Assembly (NCBI GenBank): GCA_963575745.1
Contig: CAUYUJ010000317.1
Span: forward strand, 1-64,000
Length of the DNA stretch: 64,000 nt
Reading direction: 5' to 3'
Origin: Prorocentrum cordatum
Lineage: Eukaryota
The position numbers and the translations under genes are program-made. Shown here piece by piece: positions 29,402 through 43,400 of the stretch. Position 1 is the stretch's first letter, and each line of letters opens with the position of its first letter. The notes under the pieces are model-generated. The model was not told the DNA's origin. It worked only from the letters and a program-made list of their open reading frames with translations, and ran no database searches.

Positions 29402-31434
29402 TTACCAGGCACCTGGGCACCAGGGCATCAGGGCGTGCCGCCGAAATCGGCGCCTTACCTCACCTAACCATATGAATCCGCCAGGACCCCTACAGAGGCG
29501 AGCTCTGATTGGGGAAATACCCAAAAATTGCATCAACAACAACAAAAAACAAACAAAAAACAAAAAAAGTCGTCCCCTCACTATGTTTTGACTATTTTTG
29601 TTTTGAACATTCCTCCTGTAGAGGGACACGCCCGACTTAACTCCCCATTCGAAAGCAGGCGGTCCGAAGATGGGGCCCTGAAGGATGGGGCCATGAGCAC
29701 GAGCGGCCTCAACTCAAACATCAGGTCGGGCATGTCCCCCCACAGGTGGATTTTGGGTGGAAAATAAGGAATACCCCAAAAATACACCAAAACAGCCAAA
29801 AAACAAATACTTAAAAAACATCGTCCCCAGAATATGCCCTTACCTATTCTTGAACACTCCTCCTGCAGAGGAGCATGCCCCTCTGAACTCAGACAGTGAA
29901 GGCTCCGCTCGGGACCCCCCCCCTGCGCCTGGTGGCCGCACCCCTCGGGGCCCCAGCCTCGAACCGCCGAGAGCGGGCCCCCCTCGATCCTCGATCCTCG
30001 ACCCTCGCCAGCGAGCTCTTCCAGCCGCAGCCCCGGCAGCCCCCTCCGGCCGGGGACTGGCGGACGGGCCCCCGGCCGCCCCCTCTGGCCGCAGCCCCGG
30101 CGGCCCCCCCCCCGCCGCGGCCCGGGCGGCCGCAGACCCTCGACGTCATGAGATCTTCGCAGCGTCGGCCCGCGGAGTTCTCGACCTCTTCCCCGGGACC
30201 GGAGTTCCCTCCTCGAGCCACGTTCTGACGGTCCCCGGACCCGGCCAGGGCCGCCAGAGGCCGAAAATGGCAACAACAACCTCAACAAAAAATCACACAA
30301 CACACACACACACACACACGCCACGTGATTTCATGACCCGATGGGGGTCTGCAGCCCCCTTCCAACGCCTCGGCATGGGAGAAGCGAGTCCTGAGGGAAA
30401 CGTGTCCTGGACCCTGGTGCCTCCCCCCAGGACGAGCGCTCCCTCCTGAGCCGTTTTCTGACAGCCCTGGGGCCCGTGGAGGACCCCAGGGAGCCAAAAA
30501 CTACGAAAAACCTCAGGACCGGATTTTTCTCAGGACCCGCTTCTTCTATTGAACAAGCGCGTTCCACTAATCGCAGACTAACTGCTCGCAAATGGCCTGG
30601 ATCCGCCGCGGGGATTTTCACGCTCCATCACGTCGAACCAACCATTTGTTGTCGCACGTTTGCGAGTAGGCACCTTGCGGGTAGTGGACCGCGCTCGCCG
30701 ATCCGTGGCGAAGCGCCGCCGCCCCAGCGGCTGCCCCGGCGGCGCCCTGCCCGCAGGCTCGGGGATCAAGTGATCCGGGTCCACCCAGGACCCGGGTCCG
30801 TCGTGCGCTGCAGGGTCCCGCGAGGTCCTGCAGAGGGTCCTGCGGCATCCCGCGGGATCCTGCACCCAAACCCCGAACCCTGCGAGCTCCAGCGCCCTGG
30901 CTGCCCCCGTCTGCAGCGACCCCCGCCTCTTGTTGAGCCCCGACAGGCGACCAGCAGCGGGCACCCCCCGGGACGCGGCCTCCCTGCCTCCCTGCCTCCC
31001 TGCCTCCCTGCCTCCCTGCCTCCCTGCCTCCTCCTCCTCCTCCTCCTCCTCCTCCTCCTCGTCCTTCTCCCCCCCCTCCCCCTCCTCCTCCTCTTCCTCC
31101 TCCTCCTCCTCCTCCTCCTCCTCCTCTTCCTCCTCTTCCTCCCCCTCCTCCTGCCGCGGCGCTCCCCGACAGCGGGGGCCCGCAGGCGGCGGCCGCCGCG
31201 CGCCGAGGGGCGCCCGCGCCACTGCCTGGCACACGCGCGCGGGGGGGGCGCTCGGAGGCAGGCAGGGGCGGGCCTGCCGCGGCCCCCGCTGACAGGGAGG
31301 AGGAGGAGGAGGAGGAGGAGGAGGAGGAGGAGGAGGAGGAGGAGGAGGGCCACGTCTTGATGACTGCTGGCCGGGAGAGAAAAGAGAGAGAGAGAGAGGG
31401 AGGGAGGAGGAGGAGGGGAGGAGGAGGAGAGGAG

Positions 31435-31534
31435 NNNNNNNNNNNNNNNNNNNNNNNNNNNNNNNNNNNNNNNNNNNNNNNNNNNNNNNNNNNNNNNNNN
31501 NNNNNNNNNNNNNNNNNNNNNNNNNNNNNNNNNN
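31435..31534. other. Assembly gap (100 N)
   Basis: Run of n, flanked by three variants of TTGATGACTGC..GGGAGAGA. Confidence 1.
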
Positions 31535-33387
31535 TTGATGACTGCCTGGTTGGGAGAGAGAGAGAGAGAGAGAGAAAGAAAAAAAATAATAATAAAAAAA
31601 AAAAGGAGGAAGAGGAGGGCCACATCTTGATGACTGCATGGTCGGGAGAGAGAGAGAGAGAGAGAGAGAAGCAGGAGAAGGAAGAGGAGGAGGAGGAGGA
31701 GGAGGAGGAGACGGAGGGGGAGGTGGGCGAGGACTCCTGTTGGCATGCACACTCCAAATGGCTGTCAAGTGACCCACCTGCTGATGACGACCCTGTTTGC
31801 AGCCACCGAGCAGACCACTGCTAAGCCCAAGGCGGCGGACCGCCACCTAGGAGAAATAGACGTGGCGCAAGGCGCGGAGACCACACAGTGCAGGCCACAA
31901 AAGTTGCGAGAACATGCGTGGCACAGGCGTTGCTGAGCACCTGGGGTGAGACCAGCACCAGACCCGAGCGAGGAAGGCCCCTCGCTGGCGCACACAGCCC
32001 GTGGGGACCGCGCGACACCAGGACGAAGGCCGAAAGCGCGGATAACGAACGCAAAGACCGCAGCGTCTGGTGAAGCGCGGGCACCTCCCGCAGGCACAGT
32101 ACCTCGCACGCTCCAGACAAGGTGACTGGGGAGTTGCCAACCTCATGGCAGTGGGTTGAGAGGCAACCGCCCCACAGCACGCCGCATAGTGGCCGTGGAC
32201 AAGGTTTATCTGACAGCGGCCAGGCGCTCACTTTGCGGTGGAAACTGGAGAGGTGGGCGAGGACAAGGAGGAGGAGGAGCAGCAGCAGCAGCAGCAGCAA
32301 CAGAAGGAGGAGGAGGAGCAGTAGCAGAAGGATGAGGAGGAGGAGGAGGAGGAGGAGGAGGAGGAGGAGGGGGCGGGCGAGGAGGGCGAAGGGGGGCGGA
32401 GGAGAAAGGAGGGCGAGGGGGGGGAGGGAGGATGGGCAGCAGCAGGAGCAGGAGGAGAAGGGTGGGGGAGAGAGAGGGAGGGAGCGAGGGGATGAAGAAA
32501 GAGGAGGAGGAGGAGAGAAAGGAGGATAAGAAGTGGAGGAGGCGAAGGGGGAGGGGGAGGAGGAGAACGGAGGGAGGAGGAGAAAGGAGTCGAAGAGGGG
32601 GTGAGGGAGGGGGATATGAGACAAAAGCGCCCGAAACCATCCGAGAACGTGCACGTCGCCCTGGCATGGCCCTGGGCCTCCCCCCCCCCTGACAGTTCCC
32701 CTGAGCAGCCCCCCCCCTGCCGCGCGCGCGGCCTCCCCTGCCGCCCGCACGGCCTCCCCGCTGCCGCGGCGGGGCAGCGCACTGGCGGCGACCGTGCCCA
32801 CGCCCACGCCCGCGCCCGCGCGCCTCCGACGCCCCCGGGCGCCGCCGGCCGAGATGCGGCCCCCGGGGCGGCTTCGCCTGGAGGCCCTGCGCCGGCCTGG
32901 CACTTCCAGCGGAGCGAGGAGTCGCAGCAGGGGGAGGGCTCCGCGACTCGGATCCCCGAGAAGGCTCTCCTCCTCCCTCGCCTCTCCCTATCCTCCTCCT
33001 CCTCCTCCCTCCTCCTCCTTCTCCTCCTTCCTCTCCTCTCCTCCTTCCCTGCTTCCTCCTCCTTCTCCTCCTCCTCCTCCTACTCATCCTTCTGCTACTG
33101 CTCCTCCTCCCTCCTCCTCTCATCCTCCTCCTTCCTCCTCCTCTCCTCCCCTCCTCCTCCCCCCTCCTCCTCTCCTCCTCCTCTCCGCCTCTCCCTTCCG
33201 CCTCCTCCTCCTCCTCCTCTCTCCTCCTCCCCTCCTTCCTCCTCCTCCTCCTCTCCTCCACCTCCTACACCTCCCCATCCTCTGCCCTCCCTCCTCCTCC
33301 TCTCCCTCCTCCTCCTCCCTCCTCCTCCTACTCCTCATCCTCCTCATCCTCCTCTTCCTCCTCCTCCTTCTCATCCCTCTGCCTGAC

Positions 33388-34450
33388 AAATCCCACCAGC
33401 CCTCTGGGGCGTGAGTGGTTTAGCGGATTGCCTGTTCCAACCCACTTGCTCCCCTTCAGGGCAGGAGAGCCCAGGATCGAATCGACAAGTCGGATGGGCG
33501 ATCGAAACGAATTGGAACCACGAAAATTGGCAGCCAAATCGGGAGAAGTCGAATCGACGGAAACCTGCAGGCTCGTACGTCTCCATTGAGAGATCGGAGC
33601 CCAAATCGGAATCCGTAGTCGAATCGAATGGGGATCGGAAGCCAACGAAATCGAATCGAATCGAACCGGAGGAATCGAAACGAGCCCTGGGCTCACCCCT
33701 CCCCCTTCTCCCTCCCCCTCCCCCTGGACCTGGGCGGGGCGCCCCGCAGGTCGTCAGAGCGTCCAAGACGACATCGACGAGAAGGCCACAACCACTGATG
33801 TTACAGGCTGTGGAACAATTTGGGCCTCCTCCTGGAGGGGGGACACTAGTTGAAGCCCCCCTTCTTTGATCGATCATCTCCACGATGGCCCCAAGATTGC
33901 CCCCGACGCTCTCAAGAGTGCCCCAAGAGGGCCCCACGCAAGAGGCCCCCTAAGAAAAGGTGCCCCCGAGGGGATCCCAAGAGACCCCCACGAGGCTCCG
34001 AGAGGCTCCCCCGAGGCATCCAAGACGGATCAAGAGGCCCTGGGGACGCCAAGAGCCCCCAAGACGCCACGACAGGCCTACAAGAAGCTCTCGAGACATC
34101 CGAACAGACTCCGAGAGGCATCCTTAAGGCCTCTGGCCTTTTTGTTCGCCCTCCTCCTCCTCTTCCTCTACATCATCCACCAAATACCCCTCCTCCCTCA
34201 TGCCTCCTCCCTCCTCCCTCCTGCCCCTCCCCCTCCCCCTCCTCCTCCTCCTCCTCCTCCTCCTCCTCCTCCTCCTCCTCCTCCTCCTCCTCCATGCTCC
34301 TTCACCTCCTCCTCCTCCTCTGGTTACTCCTCCATCCTCCCCCTCTTGGGCTACGACGGTTTCTCACCATTTAATCCACTGGGTGCTCCCCCACATGCCT
34401 GATCAGGGCAACTCGCCTGGACATCGTTTCTGGATGGGCTAGTGGGGTTC
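33388..34450 (+). mobile_element. ~1-kb TIR-like element family B with internal CCAAG-rich repeats
   Basis: AATCCCACCAGCCC left end and GGGCTAGTGGGGTTC right end; same layout as 41158-42128. Confidence 0.55.
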
Positions 34451-36659
34451 CGCGAAGCGTTTAGAATAACTCCTCCCTGTCGCTCCCCCAGACGTGTTGG
34501 TAGGGCGGGCCGGGCATTTCGCCTGATACTTCCTCACCACTTCTGATCCTGAGTATTGGGATTTGCAGCAGCTTCATGAATGGAGGGCGGGTGGTTTTCA
34601 AAAGGTGGCTCTCGCCTTAGAATCGCGAGTATTTGTTCTCAGATACTTGACACAATTTCACGGATGGGTGGCGGAGCGTTTTCAAAATGTGGATCTCGCC
34701 TGAGCGCTGCGCTGAGTCGTCGTAAAGTTTGCAACACATTCACAAAATGAAGGCAAGAGGCTTTCAATGTGTGGTGTTCGCCCTAGCTCCGCGCACATGT
34801 TTTGCAAAGCTTGCAACAGGTTCACGGATTGATGGCGGTTCCTTTTAAAATGTGACGCTCGCCTTAGCTCCGCGCACACTATTTCTCCTAAGTTTGCAAC
34901 AACTTCAAGGATTCATATGGTTGAGGTCCCAGGAAGAACATTCTGGAGCGATTTAGGACTGCCAGGACGCAACAGTCACGTTGATTCGATGTGCTGAAGT
35001 CCCAAGTACGGTGTTCTGGCATGACTCAGGACTTTCAGGACACAACAGTCAGTTTACTCGCAGCTCTGAAGTCCTGGAAATTGCGTTTTGGCACGATTGG
35101 GGATTCTCAAACGGTTGTCTTCCAGCGGGGCACTGCCAGCAGTGAAGGGAAGTCCCTGTAGGGACCAACGACAGAGGGAGCTTGGAGGAAGGGCTTGTTG
35201 CAACATCGCTGAGGCGTCGTGGGATTACACTGTTTCTGGTCCTCCTCCTCCTCCTCCTCCGTCTCCTCCTCCTCCTGCTCCTACAGCGAACGGCTTGAAA
35301 AAGGAACACTTGCTTTTCAAAAGGGGCTCGGTCGTTCCTGAGGCTTGCACGCGTTATCTGTCGTTCCTCATGCGCTATGTATGAAGTATCATTCCTTACG
35401 CGTCACTCCTTGGGAAAAAAGGGCTTCGTTCCTTATTCATCGTTCCTCAGGTCAGGCCGATGACTGTACTCGGGGCGTTACTGGTGCCTCCGCACAGGCT
35501 CCTCCGAGGCCCGGGCGGGCGCGCACCGGGACCCCCCTGCGCCCCTCGTGGGCCGAGCGGGGGCCGCGGGCGCCTGCGGGACCGGCCGGCGGAACCCGGG
35601 CACGCTCGCGTCGTGAAGAAAACGACGCCTGGGGCGGTTTTTTTTCCGACTCAGCAGAGGACTGCAAGCTCGTCCTTTCGCCATCACTAGAGAGGTGAGC
35701 GGCACCCACAAAGCATGGGGCGTGCGACGAAACCCAGCGGCCCCACGAGCGGTCCTGGAGGGCACGGCCACGGACGAGGGGGATGCCTGGGGCGGCTTTT
35801 GGCCGCTCTTGGACTACGGGGGCCCTCGTGAGCGTTTTCTGATTCGGCGTTTCGACATTGGGCGGAGGGGGGGGGGGTCCGGCTCTGGAGCTCTGCTTGA
35901 AGCGACTGTTTGCAGCAGTGCGTCCATTATGGGGGAGGGACTACACCTGCTCGACACGGGCGCCAAAAACAGCCAAAATCTACTCCACGGGGGGGGGGCG
36001 TGCGAGGGCCCGCGCCCATCGGCAAAACGATGAATAAAAAAACGATCACCTTGCCGGGCCCCTGAGCCGTCAAAAAACCTTGTTTGTCTGTGGCTGCTTG
36101 GTTCCACGCAGCGGTAGCCGTGTAAAAGACAGACAAAGAAACACTCGACATGAGAGACCCGTCCCAAGGGAAGGGGTCCGTGCCATCTTGTTGGCCCTTG
36201 CGGATCGACACCAATCGACGCTAGTCGACGCTAAATCGACGCTACCTCAGCGATTACCATGCGCGAATCGACGCTAACGCACTCTGAAGACCGAATTCAA
36301 GGGGGATGCAAGCCTCCCATGATGTGCTGCCGAAGGAAGTGGACTGGACTTCTGGGGCCCGCGCTCTGCCAAGCTCGCGCATCGTCGCAGGTCCGGGAAG
36401 TGCCGAGCCCGAGCCTCCAGTGGCGGTGGCCTCCTCGGCCCCAGCAGCCCTTCTGTCGGTGCGGCCTCTGGGGGAGCCGTGTGATTTGCGAACGGGAGGA
36501 AAGGATCAGAGAGCCAACCCTGGCAGTGCTCCGTAAGATGTAGACAATCGATGGTGTCTCCTCTCGCAGTGAGAACAAACACACACACACACACACCGCT
36601 GACGTCAACTCCTTGCGAACCGGACGGGCAGCGGTAGAGACGAGGATTGATGTGAGAGA

Positions 36660-36663
36660 GGGT

Positions 36664-36747
<84 letters not shown>

Positions 36748-36778
36748 ACGCACACGCACACGCACACGCACGCACACG

Positions 36779-36836
<58 letters not shown>

Positions 36837-36842
36837 ACACCA

Positions 36843-36878
<36 letters not shown>

Positions 36879-36983
36879 CCACACACACACACACCACACA
36901 CCGCACACACGCACACACGCACACACACGCACACCCACACGCACGCACGCACGCACGCACGCACGCGCACGCACAGCAACGCA

Positions 36984-37044
<61 letters not shown>

Positions 37045-37257
37045 ACACACACGCACGCACGCACGCACGCCACACCCACCACACCCACCCACCCACCCAC
37101 CCACCCACCCACCACACACGCACGCACGCACGCACGCACGCACGACGGCACGCGCGCGCGCGCGCGCTGCGCGCGCGCGCGCGAGGCGCGCACACACACA
37201 CACACACAACACACACACACACACCACCACACACAACACACACACACACACACACAC

Positions 37258-37315
<58 letters not shown>

Positions 37316-37322
37316 GCGCGCG
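36660..37322. repeat. (CA)n/(CACG)n/(CG)n compound microsatellite
   Basis: Direct inspection. Confidence 0.95.
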
Positions 37323-40300
37323 CGAAGGTGTCGGGCCTCGGGGCCATCCAGAGTGAACAGCAGGGTGCATCAAGCCAAGCCCGTGGCCTCGGAGCGCTCC
37401 TACGGAGGTCTGTCGCTCCCGCCGCTCCGAGAAGCTGCGTTAGGGGCGGCGGCAGGGGCGGCAGCTTGCTGGCTGATGCTTGCCGCTCCGCGAGTCGAGA
37501 AGTAGGTGCTGCTCCTGTTTGCCGATAAGCTGCGCACGTCGGCGGCAGAGCAGGTCCCAACGTGCAGAGTCGCACACGCCGCCGAAGTCCGTCCGCACCT
37601 GCTAGAGGCGGGGATGCAAAAAAACAGGTCTCTTGCCCAGCGTCGCCGTACCAGGGGAGTGCAACCATTACGCGACAGACTAGCCTTGCGTGAATGTTGG
37701 ACCGCGAGGTGTGCAAACCAATGAAAACCATGAAAATACTCCAAAAAATATTCCAACTATCCTCTCGCACAGCTCCACAAAGAATACTCCAAAAATACAC
37801 CCCAAAATGATTGAAAACCAATTTTTTATACACCCATTCCCTGCAGGGGGGAACGAGAGGGGGGAACTGGCTCGGGGGGGACAGTGACCTGGAATCGGCG
37901 ATACATCGCCGGTTGGTCGGCGATGGGCCCTCGACTTCGAAACTACATGCTCCTGGGCGCCCACTGGGGCACCCAGGCCCCGATCAGCGAGGGATGGGCG
38001 ATCGGGGGCCGATGGGCTCGGGTTCAGGTAGCAGCTCGCGCAATCAGGGCTCGGGTTCGTGGGGCGTGGCCCTTGCCCACACAGTTCGCGATGCCCACCC
38101 CCAGCGCGGTCCTCGTCCACGATGCCCACCACCCACCACCACACGCACACCCGTGCGCCAGCCCCCCGAGCATCCTTGCCCCCGACTCTTCCGGGGCGCC
38201 CGGGGAGGGCACCTCGGAAGGCGGGAGAGCCTCGGAGGAGCGGCGTGCCTTCTGAAGAGACTGGAGGCCCGAAGCGGGTACAGAAAACCAGCACGATGCC
38301 CAACCAGCCCACATCCTTCCAGATCCGACCGCGGCCGCTGCTGCGCAGGCGGCCTGCTGCCTCAAAAACGGACAGCGCCCGCGGCGGCACCGACAGCGGG
38401 CCATGCTCAGAATGGACGAGGCCACCTCCGAAATCCTCGTCGACCGTGGTTGATTATCTAGGAATGATAACCCATGGATACCCTACGGATTCTTGTCCTG
38501 GAAATGGATCGTGCTCTATCCCCCCTGGCCGAATCATTATTCAGAATAACCAACCTGAGTTTAGTATTCCAACATTATGGAGCAGGGTTTACTTCAGTCC
38601 GGAACGTACTCTCAAACGGCGCCCTCCAGGCTCAATCAAAAATAATTAACCCGGAGACAGCATTCCGAGAAAATTACAAATCCGGGTTGATCATCTCCTG
38701 TAGATCATGAACCGGGGTCAATATTCCGACATGAAGAACATGGTGGGGAACCAAGGGGTTGGGGGGGAAATGAGGATTACTATCATTCTGGAATTGCGAA
38801 AACCGGGTTCATTATTCCCGGGACATTGTAAACCCCAGTCAAAATTCCCGGCACAGTATGAACCCAGGTTAGTACGTTTTGGGGGTCGATAACCCCTGAA
38901 CATTGAAACCAGGGTTTATAATGCTCCGGGGGGAACATTATGAACCCCAGTCAATATTCCCAGAACATTGACACCCAGGTTCATCATGTTCCGGGGAGAC
39001 ATTATGAACCTGGGTCAACAATCCTGCAACATTTATAAGCCCTGGGTAATATCTATTTGGGATCCATCCTGGAACGAACAGGAACTGCTGCTGGCCTTCG
39101 CACGCGCCATTTCCGTACCCACCCCGCTCGTGCCGACCCGAGGAGGGCACCTCGGAAGGCGGGAGGGCCTCGGAACGGCGGTGTGCCTTCTCAGGAGGGC
39201 CGACCTTCCGCCCCCGACCGGAAGCCCAGAATCCCGCTCAGCGTCGGTCGCCCGGACCCCCCTGGACGCCCTCCTGCCGGGCGTCTCGAGCTGCGCACCG
39301 CGCGGCTTCTGAGGAGGCCCGAACTACAACAGAAAAACGCCCACCCTCGCTGCTCGAGGCTCCAGCGTGCGCGTGGGTGCTCCAACGCCTCTCTGGGCGG
39401 CCACATCGTCGAGCGAGGGTAGCGAAAAGACACCTTTCCCATGACGTCTCCCCCCTCGATGAGGGGGGGGATGGGAGGGGGGACTGGCTCACGGGAGAAA
39501 GAACAGTGACCCGAAGTCGGCGATCCATCGCCGGCAGATCGCCTGCAGATCGGCCTCGGTGGCGCAACTGCACGCTCCTGGGCGCCAGCCGTGGCACCCA
39601 GGCCACGATCGGCGAGGCTTGGGCGGATCAGGGGCCGATGGTCCTTCTCCTCCTCCTCCTCCTCCTCCTCCTCCTCCTCCTCCTCCTCCTCCTCCTCCGC
39701 CTCCTCCTCCTCCTCCTCCTCCTCCTCCTCTTTCTCCTCCTCCCCCCCGACGTCGCCCCCGCCCCCCCTTTCATTCCATAGACGGGGCGAGCCTCCTCGG
39801 AAGGACCCGGAGGGCCTCCAGCCTCCAGAGAAGCCCTCTGAGCCGTCTCCGGAGCCCCGGAAGGGCCTCTCGGCAGGCCGGAGAGGGCAAGAGGGAAGGC
39901 CCACGCCCAGACTTTTACGTCGGCGGCTAGGCAGAGTCACTGCGATGGGCATGAGGCGTTGGTAGATGTACGAGCGCGAATTTGGCCACCATGCAGGACG
40001 AGGAGCCCACCCCCAGACATGCGACGTCTTGATTTTTCAATACGGCGTCCTCGGAAGGCCCGACCCTCTCCCCCCAGGGCTGGCTCTCCATCCCGAGTCG
40101 GTTTCTTGACTGCCCTGGGGCCCCGCGAGGGCCCCGGGAGACCGAAGACTACCGAAAACCCGCCGTCGCGAGCATGTCTGGGCCGCCTCTCACTCCTTCC
40201 CGCGGCGCACCGCCCCATCGGGCAGGAGAATGCCCAGAACCGAACCGAACCGGGATCGGAAGCCATCGAAATCGAATCAAATCGGATCGGATCGGACCGG

Positions 40301-40443
40301 GGGAATCGGATCGGATCGGAGTCGAATCGAATCGAACTGGATCGGAGGAGTCGAACGGAGCCCTGCCGGAGTGCCCTACCGCTCGCCGCTGGAGGCGGGG
40401 CCGGCCAGCGGCGGGCGACCCCGCAGGCGGGCCCGCCTGGAGG

Positions 40444-43400
40444 TCAGCCCGCGAGCACCCAGAGGAAGAGCCCTGTGGAGAGCACCCAGGTCACCACCTC
40501 AGCGGGAGAGCAGGGCAGCTCCTCCTCCTCCTCCTCCGCCTCCGCCTCCGCCTCCTCCTGCCAGCGCATCCTCCTCATCACGTTCACCTAATCTCTCCCC
40601 ACGCCTCACTCATCCTCCTCTATTCGGCATCACCTACGAATGCCCTTACCGCGACGATACGACTTACGCAGCTCCGCATCCCCCTCCTCCTCCCCTCCCT
40701 GCCCTCCTCCTCCTTCGCCTCCCATCTTCGCCTCCTCCTCCTCCTCCTCCGCCTTCTCCTCCGCCTCCTCCTCCTACTCCCCCTCCGCCTCCTCCGCCGC
40801 CTCCTCCTCCTCCACCTCATCCTCGCCGTACGCGGCCGAGCGCATGCCGAGGCCAATCCTGAGGGACCCTCAAGGATCCAAAGGGGTACCGAGGAAGCCT
40901 GAAGCATGAGAAGTCCCAGAGGACCCTGGGAAGTCCTGATGGGTCCCGAGAAACTCTGAGGAATCATCAGAACCCCTGAAGAACCTCCAAGAATCTTCAG
41001 GAATCATGCAGAACCGTAAGGAATCCTTGGACATCCGGAAGAAACCTGGGAGATCCTTTGGAATCCCGAGAAGACCTCAGGGACACTGAGGAACCGTGAG
41101 GAACCCTGGGGGACCCTCAGGAATCTTGATAAACCCGTGGGAATAAAAAAATCTCAGGAATCCCACCAGCCCTCTGGGCGTAGGTGGTCTAGAGCAGATC
41201 CTCTTCCACCCCTCCCTCTTCCCCCTTGGGGAGGGGTTTACCCCTCCCCCTACCCCCTCCCCTGGACCTGGACGGGGGGGGCCGCGGGTAGTTAGAGCGT
41301 CCAAGATGGCCCAAGACGGCTCCAAGAGCGCCTCAGAGAACCCAAGATGAGCTCCAAGATGGCTCAAGATAGCGCAAGATCGCTCACGATGGCTCCTAAG
41401 ATGGTTCCAAGAAGCCCAAAGACGGCCCCAAGATAACTCCAAGTGGCCAAACAGCTCCCCAAGGAGGCCCCGAAGAGGCCAAAATCGTCCCAAAACCTAA
41501 GGAAAATCAATGATTTTTGCTTTCTCGCCTTTTCGCTTCCGATGGCCATCCGAGGCCTGGAGATGGCTCCAAGATGGCCCAAGAGGGCCCCAAGAGAGCC
41601 CCAAAAGAGCCCCAAGACGGCCCCAAGAGCGCCCAAGAGCACTCCAAGAGCGTTCCAAGAGGGGTCCAAGAGGCGATTTTAGGGGCTTCCGAGGGGGGGC
41701 GCTAATTCACCCCCCCCTCTTGTTTGATCGACTCCCTCCAAGATGGCCCCAAAAGCGCCCAGGAAGCCCCAAGAGGTCCCAACATGGCCCCAAAATGGCC
41801 CCAAGAGGCCCCCAAGAGGCCCCCCGGAGGCCCCCAAGAGACCCCCAAGAGGCCCCAAGAGCCCCCCCAGATGCACCCAAGATGCTCCAAGAGGCCTCGG
41901 CGAGAATGCCTAATCATTGATTCTACACAGGTTTAGCCACATGGAGGCCTCTTGGGGGGGGGCACGGATTAAGATGACTCCAAGAGCGTCTGGGAGAGCC
42001 CAAAATGACCTCCAAGATGGCTCAAGATATCCCAAGATGTCTCATAATGGCTTCCTCTGTGTGCTGCCCACTTCTCTGATCGAGGCAATTCCTCTGGGCA
42101 TCGTTTCTGGATGGGCTGGTGGGGATTCGCGAAGCGACAACAATTCAAAGGAATCCAGAAGGATCCAGAGAAACCCAAGTAACCCTACAGGACCCCAACT
42201 CATCCTTAAGAATCCACTCCCTGGAGAGGTCCCCAACAGCCCCAGCAACCCCATAGGGGATGGGAAGGCACCCCGATGAGGTTGCTGAGGTTGCTGGTTG
42301 TTGGGAGGGGTCCAGGGCACAAGGTCCCGTGTCAGTCAGCATCAACAAAGACGACGACGACAGTCCACACCGTGGAAGCCCACTACAGCCTTGCACCCAG
42401 GGTCAATGTAAGACCGCTCGGCCTCCCCACTCCAACATACAGAGAGACGGATAAATAAAGTATTCCTGTAGGAGAAAAAAAGAAGAGAGAGAGAGAGAGG
42501 GACAAGGAGACCGAGACAGAAGGAAAGAGAGAGAGAGTGCGTGAACAAACGAAGCAATTAACAGAACAGGTTGGGAACGAGTGAGAGGGTACAAGGGAAA
42601 GAAAAAGAGAGACAGAGAAAGAGAAGAGAGAGGGAGAGACAGAGTTTGTGAAACAGTCCCCGGACAGTGATTGCAATCAGGCCGTCTTACTCTTAGAATA
42701 AGGACTGTGTAGCCGCAGTCTGGCGACTGTGTAGCCTTAGGTCGGGCAGGTGCCCCTACACGCGGATTTGGGACGACATTTTAGGAAAAAAAAAAAAAAA
42801 AAAACTCCAGAAATAATCGGAAATAGTCGAACATCGTCCCCAGACGATGTTTGACCATTTTGTTACTATGTTTGAACATTCCTCCTGTAGAGGAACAGGC
42901 CCGACATAAATGTAGCCGCCGCCGCCGCCTCGTCGCCGCCAATCGTCTGGGCCTGCGGATAACTCTGGCCGCCACGTCGCCGCCGTCGCCGCCTCGTCGC
43001 CGCTCGCTTCGCATTGCATCGCATTGTGTTGCACTCATTCGCACCGTATGACATAGATTGCACCACACAGATTGCACCACATGGATTGCACAATGTAGTT
43101 TTCCAACCTTTGTTGCACACGATAGATTGCATGGCATTGATTGCAACACGTCACATGGAATCGACCACATATCTTAGACAACATAGATTGCACAAGATTT
43201 GTTGAACAACGTAGACTGCCAGAAACACACTGTCTGGAAATGTCACTGGCATTGTAATATATGAAAATGGGAAATGGTGAAAAGGGAAAACAAAGAAATG
43301 AGCAAACCAATGATATAACCTGGCAATAAGCCCACCTCAAAGCGGCTGCGAGTAGCGCAGGAATTGGTCCTCCTCATAGGCAACGCGCCGCGAAAAGAAA

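Noticed and set aside
31340..31670. Triplicated TTGATGACTGC..GGGAGAGA unit
   Set aside because: It straddles an assembly gap and may be redundant contig ends.
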